64,000 nucleotides of DNA from Candidatus Omnitrophota bacterium (lineage in GTDB: Bacteria > Omnitrophota > Gorgyraeia > Zapsychrales > Fredricksoniimonadaceae). The notes under the pieces are model-generated. The model saw nothing but the letters and a program-made list of their open reading frames with translations, searched no databases and was not told where the DNA came from. The stretch is from NCBI GenBank assembly GCA_030650275.1, contig JAUSEK010000011.1, positions 9,890 to 73,889 of the forward strand, in the 5' to 3' direction. Shown here piece after piece: positions 11,663 through 22,152 of the stretch. The position numbers and the translations under genes were made by a program. Numbering within the stretch: position 1 is the first letter of the stretch; each line of letters begins with the position of its first letter.

Positions 11663-11968
11663 ATGCCCACCTATCAATACGAATGTGAACATTGCCAGCA
11701 CAGCTTTGAAGCCCTGCAATCCATGGTCGAGCCCAGGTTGAAAAAATGCCCCCAATGCGGCAAGTCTAAACTGGTGCGTTTGATCGGAAGCGGCAGCGGC
11801 ATGATCTTCAAAGGGTCGGGTTTTTACGCGACCGATCATAAGAAAAAGGCGCCCGCCGGATCGAAAACAGACAAACCCGCCCTTACCTCACCGAAAGACG
11901 CTTCTGCCAGCCCCAGTCCCGCCAAAGGCGGGGCCTGCGGCGGTTCCTGCGCCTGCCATCCCAATTAA
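11663..11968 (+). CDS. FmdB-family zinc-ribbon protein
   Basis: MPTYQYECEHCQHSFE...CPQCG pattern characteristic of FmdB putative regulatory Zn ribbon. Confidence 0.6.
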   Translation: MPTYQYECEHCQHSFEALQSMVEPRLKKCPQCGKSKLVRLIGSGSGMIFKGSGFYATDHKKKAPAGSKTDKPALTSPKDASASPSPAKGGACGGSCACHPN

Positions 11969-12040
11969 TGCGCAATTTTAAATTTTGGTTCCCCTTTTGG
12001 GGCCATTCTGTTATTATTCTCTGTATTTCTATCTCAAATT

Positions 12041-13303
12041 ATGCCAGCCATTAAACCATTCACAGCGGTCTATTACAATCCCCAGAAGGTCGCGAACCTG
12101 TCTGACGTGGTTTGCCCGCCCTATGACGTCATTTCCCCCCAACAGCAGGACGACCTGTATGAACAAAGCCCCTACAATTTCATCCGGCTTGAGCTGACCA
12201 AGGAAAATCCCAAGGACGAGGAAAAGACCAAATACGGCCGCGCCAAGAAAACGTATGACGAATGGCTGCAAAAAGGCATCCTCATTGAGGACGGGCGGCC
12301 GGCGATCTATTTTTATAAGCAGGACTACAAATATCAGGGGCAGAAATACACCCGGATGGGTTTCATCGCGCTCATGCGCATCGCCGAGGATGCCGGCACG
12401 AAGATCCTGCCCCATGAGAATACCCATGCCGCGGCCAAGACCGACCGGTTCATGCTCTGGAGCGCGCTCAAGTCCAATTTGAGTTCCATTTTTGTTTGTT
12501 TCGCGGACAGGATGAACAGAGTGGAAAAGATCTTTATCAAGGACGTCGCGCCCACCAAACCCCTGATGGAGGCCGTGGATGCCGACAAGGTCAGGCATAC
12601 CATATGGCGCTTGGACGATCCTGCCGGGGTCAGCCAGATCATGGACGTCCTGGAAGGACAGGACCTGTTCATCGCCGACGGGCATCACCGTTTTGAGGTG
12701 GCCAATCAGATCCGCGGCGAGGTCCTGCAGAAAAGGTCCAGCGCGGCGGCCAGGGAGCCCTACAATTACGCGATGACGTATTTTACAAATCTTGATTCCA
12801 AAGACCTTCAGATCTTTCCCATCCACCGCGTCATCCGTAAGTTCCCGGAGAACCAGGGGTCCCTGGAACAATATTTCCGCATTGACAAGATCAGGAGCAT
12901 CAGCGATCTGACCGTGCTTTTGGCGCGCGCCGGACAGAATGAGCACGCCTTCGGCATGGTGGACAAGAACGGCATACGGCTGTTGCGTTTGAAGAACAAA
13001 ATGCTCATCGACACCATGGTCAAGGAAGGGTCCAGGGATTACCGCAATCTGGACTCCGCCATCCTCAAGGCCTTTGTCCTTGACCCGGCAGGGGTGGCCG
13101 GCGAAGATATTGTCTATTCCAAAGACCAGCAGGAAGTCCTGGCCATGGTGGAGGGGGGGCAGGCCGAAGCAGGTTTTATTTTAAATTCTGTGCCCATCGG
13201 GCAATTGAAGGCCATCGCGCTCAACGGCGAGAAAATGCCGCCTAAAACGACCTATTTTTATCCCAAGGTTTTATCCGGTTTAACGGTATATAAAATAGAA
13301 TAA
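12041..13303 (+). CDS. DUF1015-family protein
   Basis: Motifs match my recollection of the DUF1015 family (not database-checked): N-terminal AVYYNPQKV...VVCPPYDVIS and ADGHHRFE. Confidence 0.5.
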   Translation: MPAIKPFTAVYYNPQKVANLSDVVCPPYDVISPQQQDDLYEQSPYNFIRLELTKENPKDEEKTKYGRAKKTYDEWLQKGILIEDGRPAIYFYKQDYKYQGQKYTRMGFIALMRIAEDAGTKILPHENTHAAAKTDRFMLWSALKSNLSSIFVCFADRMNRVEKIFIKDVAPTKPLMEAVDADKVRHTIWRLDDPAGVSQIMDVLEGQDLFIADGHHRFEVANQIRGEVLQKRSSAAAREPYNYAMTYFTNLDSKDLQIFPIHRVIRKFPENQGSLEQYFRIDKIRSISDLTVLLARAGQNEHAFGMVDKNGIRLLRLKNKMLIDTMVKEGSRDYRNLDSAILKAFVLDPAGVAGEDIVYSKDQQEVLAMVEGGQAEAGFILNSVPIGQLKAIALNGEKMPPKTTYFYPKVLSGLTVYKIE

Positions 13304-13309
13304 ATTTCC

Positions 13310-14152
13310 ATGTCCTTATTCGGCAAATCCAATTACACGTTCATCAAGGTCAAGCGCAAGGACATTCCTTTGGGTGTCTGGACCAAATGCCCGGGGTGCG
13401 AGGCGCCGGCGTATTCCAAGGAACTCAAGAACAATTTGAACGTCTGTCCCAAATGCGGATATCATCTGGGGTTGACCGCGGATGAGCGCGTCGGGCATTT
13501 GACCGACGAGGGCTCATTTGCCGCGCATGACGAGGGGATGACCTCCGTCGATCCTCTGGATTTCAAAGGCCCCAAGACCTATAAAGAAAAATTGAAGGCG
13601 GACCAGGAAGCCACGGGAATGGCGGATGCCGTTATCACCGGCCATTGCCTGATCGAAGGCCGCAAGGCCATGCTGGCGGTTACGGACTCCCGGTTCATCA
13701 TGGGGTCCATGGGGTCGGTGGTCGGCGAGAAGATCGCCCGCGCCGTCGAATACGCCACCGGCAACGGACTTCCCCTGATCATCGTTTCGGGTTCCGGAGG
13801 CGGGGCGCGCATGTACGAAGGGGCGTTGTCGCTCATGCAGATGGCCAAGACCTGTGCTACGCTGGAGCGCCACCGCCGGGCGGGGCTTTTGTATGTTTCC
13901 GTTCTGACCAACCCGACGATGGGCGGCATCATGGCCTCGTTCGCCGGGGTGGGCGACGTCATCATCGCCGAGCCCGAGGCGCTGATCGGTTTCGCGGGGC
14001 CGCGCGTCGTCGAGCAGACCATACGCCAGAAGCTCCCCGCCGGTTTCCAGCGTTCCGAATTTCTGCTGGCGCACGGGCTGATCGACATGATCGTTGAGCG
14101 TCAGGACCTGAAAGGTGTTTTGGCGCGCACCATTGATTATTGCCTGAATTAA
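13310..14152 (+). CDS. accD: Acetyl-CoA carboxylase carboxyltransferase beta subunit
   Basis: N-terminal Zn finger CPGCEAPAYSKELKNNLNVCPKCGYH followed by carboxyltransferase domain. Confidence 0.85.
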   Translation: MSLFGKSNYTFIKVKRKDIPLGVWTKCPGCEAPAYSKELKNNLNVCPKCGYHLGLTADERVGHLTDEGSFAAHDEGMTSVDPLDFKGPKTYKEKLKADQEATGMADAVITGHCLIEGRKAMLAVTDSRFIMGSMGSVVGEKIARAVEYATGNGLPLIIVSGSGGGARMYEGALSLMQMAKTCATLERHRRAGLLYVSVLTNPTMGGIMASFAGVGDVIIAEPEALIGFAGPRVVEQTIRQKLPAGFQRSEFLLAHGLIDMIVERQDLKGVLARTIDYCLN

Positions 14153-14171
14153 TAAAGGGGAAGCAAAAACC

Positions 14172-15275
14172 ATGGCCCAAATCCGGCTGGTCAATTTGTG
14201 CAAGAATTATAAAAACGGTGTTGCGGCCGTCGATCATATCAGCCTGGAGATCGGGGACAAGGAATTTTTGGTCCTCGTCGGGCCTTCCGGCTGCGGCAAG
14301 TCCACCACCTTGCGCATGATCGCGGGGCTGGAGGACATCACCTCCGGCGAGATCTGGATCAATGACCGCATGGTCAATGACGTGCCGGCCAAAGACCGCA
14401 ACATCGCGATGGTGTTCCAGAATTACGCGCTCTATCCGCACATGTCGGTTTTCGAGAACATGGCGTTCGGGTTGACGCTGCGCGGGTATCCCAAGGCGGA
14501 GATCGTCAAACGCGTGCACGAAGCCGCGGAGATCCTGGGGATAGGCCCCTACCTCGAGCGCCGGCCGCGGGAACTTTCCGGCGGCGAACGCCAGCGCGTG
14601 GCCCTGGGCAGGGCCATTGTGCGCAAACCCCTTGTGTTCCTGTTCGATGAGCCCTTGAGCAATCTGGACGCCAAGATGCGCGTGCAGATGCGCACCGAGA
14701 TCCACAAACTGCGCATGCGCCTGCAGACCACCTTCATTTACGTCACCCATGACCAGACGGAAGCCATGACCATGGGGGACCGCATCGTCGTCATGAAACA
14801 AGGCCTTGTCCAGCAATGCGCGGATCCCATGAGCATTTACGACAAGCCCGCCAATAAGTTCGTGGCCTCGTTCATCGGCTCTCCGCCCATCAACATGCTG
14901 CAGGGCAAGATCGTCAAACGGGACAGGAAATTATTCTTTGATGAGGGCAAATGCCAGGTCAGGATCATGGATGAGATGGCCCCCAGGATGGGCGCGTACG
15001 AGGGCAAGGACGTGGTCCTGGGGATCCGCTCGGAAGATATTTACGATAAACTTTTCGCGTCGGAGGCCTCGCCGGAAAATACGGTGCGCGCCATCTGCGA
15101 GGTGGTCGAACCGCTGGGGTCGGAGGTCTACCTGTATCTGAATTCGGGCAAGCACAATTTTATTGCCCGCGTCGGCGCCCATGACCGGCCGCAGATCAAC
15201 CGGGACATGGACCTCGTGTTCGACATGAGCAAGGTGCACTTTTTTGATCGCGAAACCGAAGAAACCATTATTTAA
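14172..15275 (+). CDS. MalK/UgpC-type sugar ABC transporter ATP-binding protein (no cognate permease nearby)
   Basis: Walker A GPSGCGKST, signature LSGGERQRVALGRA, Walker B LFDEPLSNLD, C-terminal regulatory/TOBE-like domain. Confidence 0.8.
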   Translation: MAQIRLVNLCKNYKNGVAAVDHISLEIGDKEFLVLVGPSGCGKSTTLRMIAGLEDITSGEIWINDRMVNDVPAKDRNIAMVFQNYALYPHMSVFENMAFGLTLRGYPKAEIVKRVHEAAEILGIGPYLERRPRELSGGERQRVALGRAIVRKPLVFLFDEPLSNLDAKMRVQMRTEIHKLRMRLQTTFIYVTHDQTEAMTMGDRIVVMKQGLVQQCADPMSIYDKPANKFVASFIGSPPINMLQGKIVKRDRKLFFDEGKCQVRIMDEMAPRMGAYEGKDVVLGIRSEDIYDKLFASEASPENTVRAICEVVEPLGSEVYLYLNSGKHNFIARVGAHDRPQINRDMDLVFDMSKVHFFDRETEETII

Positions 15276-16539
15276 TCTGTACGCGTTGGTTGCCGCCAGT
15301 TTTCTTTTGCCTCTGGTCGGCTTTTTTGTTTACGCCACGCGCAACCCCGCGGCGTTCTTGTTTTTGGCGCTTGCCCTCGCCGTCAATATTGTCCTTCTGG
15401 TCTCCTTCCACCGCCGCCTGCAAAAGAAACAATCGGTCATCGTCCTGCAGAAAGAGGAGTATTTTGAAAAAGCCAATCTGCTCAAAGGCGAACTGGAAAG
15501 GGAAGCGCAGACCATTGAATCTTTCCACCGCAAGATCGTCAGTTATTCCCAGCTCAAAGACCTGACCGAAAAACTAAGCCTGTGCCTTAACCTGGAAGAG
15601 GCCTCCGGCACCCTTTCGTTTGAGGTGAACAAACTTTTTGGGGACAAGGACGTTACGGTCATTTTGTACCTTTTTCATTCCTCGACGGGAGAATTGGGCA
15701 TATCCTCCTCGCAAAAGGGGCAGATGCAGGTCAGCCTGAAAGCGAAAAAGGGCGACCTGTTCGACCAGTGGGTGGTCAAGACCCTGAACCCTTTGCTGGT
15801 TGAGGATGCCAGGAGCGATTTTCGTTTCGACATCGAAAAGATCATCGGCGAGGATGGCCGGCCCATCCGTTCTTTGATCAGCGCGCCGATGCTGGTGGGG
15901 GACAAGACGCTGGGGATATTGCGGGTGGACAGCACCCTGGCGCAGTATTTTACCACCGATGACCTGCGTTTCTTGAGGACCATCGCGGATCTGACCAGTG
16001 TGGCCATCGAGAACGCCCAACTGTACCAGAAGATCGAGGAGATGGCCATCCGCGACGGGCTGACCGGGCTCTACCTGCGCCGGCACATGATGGAGCGTTT
16101 GAACGAAGAGGTCAGCCGTGAATTGCGCCGGGGCAGGGAGTTGTGTTTTCTTATGATCGACCTCGACCGGTTCAAACAATATAACGACACCTTCGGGCAC
16201 ACCGCCGGCGACATCGTGCTTCGGAGTGTGGCCGGTATTTTGACCGGGCATTTCAGCCGGCCCGGGAACCTGGTGTGCCGTTACGGGGGTGAAGAATTTT
16301 GCGTGCTGCTGCCCGACTGTCCCAAGGCCAAGGCCGTTGAACTGGCCGATGAGATCCGGACAAAGATCCAGGAACGCGAGATCGTGCTGCGCCGCCAAAA
16401 AACCCATGTCACCGTGTCCGTCGGGGTGGCCTCATTCCCCAGGGACGCGAAAGCCAAGGAAGACCTTATTTATAAGGCCGACGAAGCGCTGTATAAGGCC
16501 AAGGAGGGCGGGCGCAACAAAGTTGTTCCCGCGTCGTAA
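15244..16539 (+). CDS. Membrane-anchored GAF-GGDEF diguanylate cyclase
   Basis: N-terminal TM helices, GAF-like middle, GGDEF domain with intact RYGGEEF. Confidence 0.8.
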   Translation: MIAKPKKPLFNLYALVAASFLLPLVGFFVYATRNPAAFLFLALALAVNIVLLVSFHRRLQKKQSVIVLQKEEYFEKANLLKGELEREAQTIESFHRKIVSYSQLKDLTEKLSLCLNLEEASGTLSFEVNKLFGDKDVTVILYLFHSSTGELGISSSQKGQMQVSLKAKKGDLFDQWVVKTLNPLLVEDARSDFRFDIEKIIGEDGRPIRSLISAPMLVGDKTLGILRVDSTLAQYFTTDDLRFLRTIADLTSVAIENAQLYQKIEEMAIRDGLTGLYLRRHMMERLNEEVSRELRRGRELCFLMIDLDRFKQYNDTFGHTAGDIVLRSVAGILTGHFSRPGNLVCRYGGEEFCVLLPDCPKAKAVELADEIRTKIQEREIVLRRQKTHVTVSVGVASFPRDAKAKEDLIYKADEALYKAKEGGRNKVVPAS

Positions 16540-16542
16540 CCG

Positions 16543-17580
16543 ATGGTTTATGTCCTGATCATTTTAACGGTCATTTTTGTCGCCGTGGTCTTTTTCTTAG
16601 TCAAGGTGATCGTGCTCCAGATGGAGCAGGCCTCTGACCAGGATGTTTTGCGTTCCAAAGAAACGTATCAGAAGATCATCGACCGGCAAGCCAGGGTCCT
16701 GGCTGAAAAGGCGCGTCTGGAGCGTGAGGCCGCCCAGATATTCACCCTTTATGAAATGACTAAGGAGATCAACCGACATTTTAACGAGCAGGAGGCCTTC
16801 AACATTTTCAAACGCCGGTTGCGGGAGAACATCACCATCGGGGACTGCCAGCTCGTCGACAATTTAGGCGAGGGGAGTGAAGCCCCGCAAGGGGCGCCCG
16901 GCGACCAGACGGTCTTTGTCCTTAAAAGCAGGGAGAAAAAACTCGGATTTTTGGTTGCTCAGGGTGTTGCCCCCAAGGACAAGGAGAAATTCGCCATCCT
17001 CGCCCACCAGTTCGCGCTGGCCTACCAGCGCATCAAACTCTACAAGGACATCGAGACCCTGGCCATCACCGACGGCCTGACCGCGGTCAGCACGCGCCGG
17101 TATTTCCTGGAACGCTTTGATGAGGAGATCAAGCGCGCGCAGGCGCGCAAGATCAAAATGTCCTTCCTCATGCTGGACGTGGACCATTTCAAGACGATCA
17201 ATGACCGGCACGGCCATCTGACCGGCGATGCGGTGCTCAAGGAGATCGGCGTCATCATCAAGGAAAACATCCGCGAGATCGACATTGCCGGCCGTTACGG
17301 CGGGGAGGAATTCTGCGTTGTCCTGCCGGACACCGACCTGGAGGGGGCCAGGGTCGTGGCCGAACGTATCCGCAAGGCCGCTGAAACGCGGATCATCAAG
17401 GCCTATGACGCCGTCCTTAGCATCACCGTCAGCATCGGCGTTTCCACCTATCCCTCTGACGGAGATCTCCCTGAGGAACTCATCGACAAGGCCGACTGGT
17501 CGCTGTACCGCGCCAAATCCCAGGGCCGCAATTGTGTGGTGGCGTTCGGTATGTATCATCCTCCCGATCCCGCTTCTTGA
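16543..17580 (+). CDS. Membrane-anchored GGDEF diguanylate cyclase (second, tandem)
   Basis: TM helix, ITDGLTAVSTRRYF, LDVDHFKTINDRHGH, RYGGEEF motifs. Confidence 0.8.
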   Translation: MVYVLIILTVIFVAVVFFLVKVIVLQMEQASDQDVLRSKETYQKIIDRQARVLAEKARLEREAAQIFTLYEMTKEINRHFNEQEAFNIFKRRLRENITIGDCQLVDNLGEGSEAPQGAPGDQTVFVLKSREKKLGFLVAQGVAPKDKEKFAILAHQFALAYQRIKLYKDIETLAITDGLTAVSTRRYFLERFDEEIKRAQARKIKMSFLMLDVDHFKTINDRHGHLTGDAVLKEIGVIIKENIREIDIAGRYGGEEFCVVLPDTDLEGARVVAERIRKAAETRIIKAYDAVLSITVSIGVSTYPSDGDLPEELIDKADWSLYRAKSQGRNCVVAFGMYHPPDPAS

Positions 17581-17686
17581 TATTTAGCGGTATTTGTTGA
17601 ACCAACCTTTCTTTTCGGGTAAAATAATCCCGATTCCAGTCAGCTATTAGTATTATTATATTTTTATTCTTCTTTCCATCTCCTCA

Positions 17687-18631
17687 ATGAAGGATGTCAT
17701 GAAGAAGTATGTGGTCGGTGTGGATGTCGGCGGCACCAATATAAAGCTTGGTATTGTCCATCCCCGCGGGAAAGTCATTGCCCGAAACTGTTTTGCCACA
17801 AGGCCTTTTGCTTCAAGTAAGATCCGTCTGATCAATGCTTTGGCCGGCGCGGTCCTTGATATCATCGTTCGGGCCGGGTTAACAAAAAAAGACATTGCCG
17901 GCATCGGTGTCGGCTTGCCCGGCCTCATTGACCATGCCGCGGGTGTGGTGCGTTTTTTGCCCAATATCCCCGGCTGGCGCCATGTGCGTTTGCGCGCCAT
18001 CCTCGCCCAAAAAACCGGCCTGCCTGTCGTTGTTGACAATGACGTGAAACTCATTACGCTGGCCGAATGGAAATTCGGCGCGGGCAAGGGCGCCGCCAAT
18101 ATGATGTGCATTACGCTCGGCACCGGTGTTGGGGCGGGGCTGATCCTGAACAATGCCCTTTATCGCGGGGAAGGCAATGCCGCCGGAGAGCTAGGCCATG
18201 TGCCGCTCAACGAACTTGGGCCTGACTGCAATTGCGGGGGATGGGGATGTTTCGAGACCTATGTCGGCAACCGCCGTCTGACGGCCCGCGCGAACCGGAT
18301 CATGAACGCCAATGGTATGACCCTGGAGCGCATGTATGCTTTGGCCAAAGCAGGCAACCGCAAAGCCCTGCGGTTCTGGCATGAAACGGCCGAGCATCTG
18401 GGCAATGGTTTGACCGGCGCGGTCAACCTTTTGAATCCGCGGCTCATTGTCATCGGCGGTGGGGTTTCCAATAACCATCAATTCCTTTTTCCGACGATCA
18501 AGGCGGTGATCCGCCAACGGGCCATGGCGACACAGGCGGCCATGGCGCACATCACGCGGGCACAATTAGGGGACGATGCCGGCATCATCGGCGCGCAGGT
18601 TTTGGTCCTGGCCAATCATGAGCATGCGTAA
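17687..18631 (+). CDS. ROK-family glucokinase
   Basis: VGVDVGGTNIKLGIV ATP-binding motif and ROK Zn motif CNCGGWGCFETY. Confidence 0.75.
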   Translation: MKDVMKKYVVGVDVGGTNIKLGIVHPRGKVIARNCFATRPFASSKIRLINALAGAVLDIIVRAGLTKKDIAGIGVGLPGLIDHAAGVVRFLPNIPGWRHVRLRAILAQKTGLPVVVDNDVKLITLAEWKFGAGKGAANMMCITLGTGVGAGLILNNALYRGEGNAAGELGHVPLNELGPDCNCGGWGCFETYVGNRRLTARANRIMNANGMTLERMYALAKAGNRKALRFWHETAEHLGNGLTGAVNLLNPRLIVIGGGVSNNHQFLFPTIKAVIRQRAMATQAAMAHITRAQLGDDAGIIGAQVLVLANHEHA

Positions 18632-20819
18632 ACGACAAATACTGGGATCGCTGGGGACGATGATCGTACTGGGGGCCTTTTTTCCATGCCTGGTCCTGGC
18701 CGCAGATCCTTTTGCCGCCCCCGCGAGTGGCGGCACGTCCGGGGACGCAAAATCCGGGGATATGCTCAATTTTAAGCTCAATAAAACCAAATCCGTAGAA
18801 CTGCAGGCCGACCAGGTGCAGTATTCCGTCGTTGACAGCAAGGCGCAGGCCCGCGGCAATGTCGTTGTCACCGCTGACCAGACCATCCTGACCTGTGATG
18901 AATTGGAACTGGACCGCATCCTCAATGTGGGCGTGGCTAAGGGGCATGTGTACATTGATTCGCCCCAGTCGCAGGTGGATGCCGACGAGGGAACGTTTAA
19001 TTTTAATAACCAGAGCGGGTTTTTCAAGAATGCCCGTATCTACCAGTTCCCCTATCAGATCAAGGGCAAGGTCGTTGACAGGATGTCCCCGGAACATGTC
19101 GTCATGAGCAGGGGATATATCACCACCTCCGACCACGACGACCCGTTTTTCCGGATCGCTTCCAGGAAGATCGACGTGTATCCGGGGGACAAAGCCGTTG
19201 CCCGCGATGTGAAAGTGTATCTGGGCAAGGTGCCTGTCATGTATTGGCCCAAATATACGCAGGACCTGAAAGACAAGCCGTGGATCACGTTCATGCCGGG
19301 TAAGACCAAGGACTTCGGGTTTTTTGTCCTGACGACCATCCGCCAGCGCATCAATGACAATGCCAAATTGACCATTCACGTGGATTACAGGGAGAGAAGG
19401 GACCTGGCGTCCGGATTTGATTATCAATACCAGACGCCCCATCATGGCGGCGGTGTCATCAAGACGTATTACATGCTTGAACGTCCCATCACATCCAAAC
19501 ACCTGTGGAAACCGCGCCCTTCTCCGACTCCGGAACACGAGCGGTATAAGGTGGAGTGGCGTCACAAATGGAACCCGGATGACAAAACGGACATTTTAGT
19601 GCAATATTTCAGGGTCAGGGACGCCACGTTCCTGAAAGAATATTTTGAACGCCAGTACCGGCAGGATCCCAGCATTGACACGTATTTTTTGCTCACCCGT
19701 ATCCTGCCCAAGGGGACGCTGACGTTTCGCATCGACGCCAGCCGCGTTAACCGTTTTGCCCGCGGCGTGGAGAGATTGCCTGAGATCAAATATGAGTTGA
19801 GCGACACGGAAATAGGAGACACCGGATTTTACGCGCGGACGGCCAACACGTTCTCTAATCTGACCAAGAAGGAAGCTGAACCGGAAAGCCATAAAAAGAC
19901 CATACGATTTGATACCAACAATCAGATCTCTTATCCGATGAAAATATCTTTTGTTGAGCTCAGGCCTTACGTCGGCCAGCAGAATACTTATTACAGCCGC
20001 ACGGCCAACCTGGCGCAGCGCAACATCATCCGCGGGCAGTTCCTGACCGGCACGGATGCCAGCACCAAATTCTATCGGACGTGGAACGTCAAAAAGAATG
20101 CGTGGGGCATTGAGATCAACGGCCTGCGCCACATCGTGACCCCGACGGCAGCGTATCTTTACAAGCACCGTCCGACATTTTCATCGTCGCATTTGAACGC
20201 TTTTGACGCCATTGATTCCCTGGCAAACGCGCATAAGATCGCCCTGGGCCTTGAGAACAAATTGCAGACCAAACGCCAAGGCGTCAGCGTGGATCTGCTG
20301 CGCACCCTGGTCAGCAGCGATTTTGCCCTGAAGGAAAATCCATCCAAAGGCGGGTTCGGCCCCGTCAATTCGGACGTTGAGTTCAAACCCGCCGACTGGC
20401 TGGAATTCAAGGGCGATGCCTCATATGACCATTACAATGACCGCGCCGACTCTGTGAACCTTGAAACTTATATCAATGGCAAGGACCAATGGAATTTCGG
20501 GATCGGCCGCCGGTGGAACCGCGGCGGGGACGACCAGATCACGACCGAATGGAATTACAAGATCAATCCCAAATGGAGATTTAAGGTCTACGACCGTTTT
20601 ACGGTCAATCACGGGGGCTTAAGAGAAGAGGATTATATTCTGACCCGCGATCTGCACGACTGGGAAGTGAGCCTGGAATATCACCAGGAACACGGCGGCG
20701 GGACAGACATTTTACTCTCGTTCACTTTAAAAGCATTCCCGGACATGGGTTTGGACCTGTTCAGTACCGGCTTTAACAGGCGTAAGGCCGGCTCACAACA
20801 TGAAGCAGAAAGACAATAG
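18618..20819 (+). CDS. lptD: LptD/OstA-like outer-membrane LPS-assembly protein
   Basis: Signal peptide, OstA-N/LptA-like beta-jellyroll (GNVVVTADQTILTCDELELD...AKGHVYIDS), long C-terminal beta-barrel; start chosen at signal-peptide Met (ORF track starts 18576). Confidence 0.6.
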   Translation: MSMRKRQILGSLGTMIVLGAFFPCLVLAADPFAAPASGGTSGDAKSGDMLNFKLNKTKSVELQADQVQYSVVDSKAQARGNVVVTADQTILTCDELELDRILNVGVAKGHVYIDSPQSQVDADEGTFNFNNQSGFFKNARIYQFPYQIKGKVVDRMSPEHVVMSRGYITTSDHDDPFFRIASRKIDVYPGDKAVARDVKVYLGKVPVMYWPKYTQDLKDKPWITFMPGKTKDFGFFVLTTIRQRINDNAKLTIHVDYRERRDLASGFDYQYQTPHHGGGVIKTYYMLERPITSKHLWKPRPSPTPEHERYKVEWRHKWNPDDKTDILVQYFRVRDATFLKEYFERQYRQDPSIDTYFLLTRILPKGTLTFRIDASRVNRFARGVERLPEIKYELSDTEIGDTGFYARTANTFSNLTKKEAEPESHKKTIRFDTNNQISYPMKISFVELRPYVGQQNTYYSRTANLAQRNIIRGQFLTGTDASTKFYRTWNVKKNAWGIEINGLRHIVTPTAAYLYKHRPTFSSSHLNAFDAIDSLANAHKIALGLENKLQTKRQGVSVDLLRTLVSSDFALKENPSKGGFGPVNSDVEFKPADWLEFKGDASYDHYNDRADSVNLETYINGKDQWNFGIGRRWNRGGDDQITTEWNYKINPKWRFKVYDRFTVNHGGLREEDYILTRDLHDWEVSLEYHQEHGGGTDILLSFTLKAFPDMGLDLFSTGFNRRKAGSQHEAERQ

Positions 20820-20829
20820 GAGCATTTAG

Positions 20830-22152
20830 ATGAACATTGCGATCATCGGTTCGGGATACGTGGGTCTGGTCACGGGCGTGTGCCTGGCGCATATCGGCCA
20901 TCACGTGATCTGCGTTGACAGTAATCCGGAAAAGATCAAGAAATTGAAAAAAGGCGGGATCCCCATTTACGAGCCGGGCCTTGATGCGATCATGCGCGAT
21001 TGCGTCAGGAAAAAACGGTTGTCTTTTTCCGGGTCCATCAAGGACGCGGCCAGGAAGGCCACGGTCATCTTCATTGCCGTCGGCACTCCTTCCAAATCCA
21101 CCGGCGACGCGGACCTGGTCTATGTTGAAAATGTGGCCCGCCAGATCGCCGAGAACATGGATTCTTACCGGCTGATCGTTGAGAAATCCACGGTCCCGGC
21201 GGAAACCGGCAACAAGATCCGCCGCACCATTGAGTTGAATTTGCCCAAGAAATTCCGCAAAGGCAGTCAGGTGCTTCTGGATTTTGACGTGGCATCCAAT
21301 CCGGAGTTCCTCAAAGAGGGTTCGGCCGTGCATGATTTCATGAACCCCGACCGTCTGGTGTTCGGCGTTGAATCCAAAAAAGCCGAGAAGATCCTGCGGG
21401 AGATCTATCAACCGTTAAAAACAAAGGTCCTCGTCACCAATATCGCTTCCGCCGAGATGATCAAACACGCGTCCAATTCATTTCTGGCGATGAAGATCTC
21501 CTTCATCAACGCGGTCAGCCAGATCTGTACGCGGGTGGGAGCGGACGTCCTCAATGTCGCCGAAGGCATGGGTCTGGACAAGCGCATCGGCCGGGCGTTC
21601 CTGGATGCCGGTGTCGGCTACGGCGGCAGCTGCTTCCCTAAGGACGTGGACGCGTTCATTCACCTGGGCGAAAAAAGCGGATATGATTTCCGTCTCTTGA
21701 AGGAAGTGCGCCGGGTCAATGAAGAACAGCGCCAGGCCTTTGTCCATCTGGTGGAGGACAAATTGTGGAACTTGAAAGAGAAAACCATCGGCGTGTGGGG
21801 GCTGGCATTCAAGCCCAACACCGACGATATGCGCAATGCCGCTTCGGTTGAGATCATCCAGAAACTCCAGCATGAGGGCGCGAAGATCAAGGCCTATGAT
21901 CCCAAGGCCATGGCCAATGCCGCGCACGTGCTGCGCGGTGTCGCGCTGTGCGCAAGCCCCTACGCGGCTGTGGAGGATTGCGACTGCCTGCTTTTGCTGA
22001 CGGAGTGGGATGAGTTCAAGGATGTTGACCTTGAGGCCGTGCGGGACGCCATGCGCCAGCCCGTTATTTTTGACGGCCGCAATTTTCTTGACGGGAAGAA
22101 ACTTAAAAGCTTGGGATTTGACTATTACGGCGTCGGCCGGGGGAAAGCATGA
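20830..22152 (+). CDS. ugd: UDP-glucose 6-dehydrogenase family protein
   Basis: IAIIGSGYVGLVTG Rossmann motif, catalytic GGSCFPKD. Confidence 0.8.
   Translation: MNIAIIGSGYVGLVTGVCLAHIGHHVICVDSNPEKIKKLKKGGIPIYEPGLDAIMRDCVRKKRLSFSGSIKDAARKATVIFIAVGTPSKSTGDADLVYVENVARQIAENMDSYRLIVEKSTVPAETGNKIRRTIELNLPKKFRKGSQVLLDFDVASNPEFLKEGSAVHDFMNPDRLVFGVESKKAEKILREIYQPLKTKVLVTNIASAEMIKHASNSFLAMKISFINAVSQICTRVGADVLNVAEGMGLDKRIGRAFLDAGVGYGGSCFPKDVDAFIHLGEKSGYDFRLLKEVRRVNEEQRQAFVHLVEDKLWNLKEKTIGVWGLAFKPNTDDMRNAASVEIIQKLQHEGAKIKAYDPKAMANAAHVLRGVALCASPYAAVEDCDCLLLLTEWDEFKDVDLEAVRDAMRQPVIFDGRNFLDGKKLKSLGFDYYGVGRGKA

Noticed and set aside
11985-12010. Possible intrinsic terminator after the fmdB-like gene (GGTTCCCC-TTTT-GGGGCC + T-rich)
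   Set aside because: The stem is only 4-5 bp and the downstream tract is interrupted (CCATTCTGTTATT). Too weak to call, and the next gene follows in the same orientation within 70 bp.
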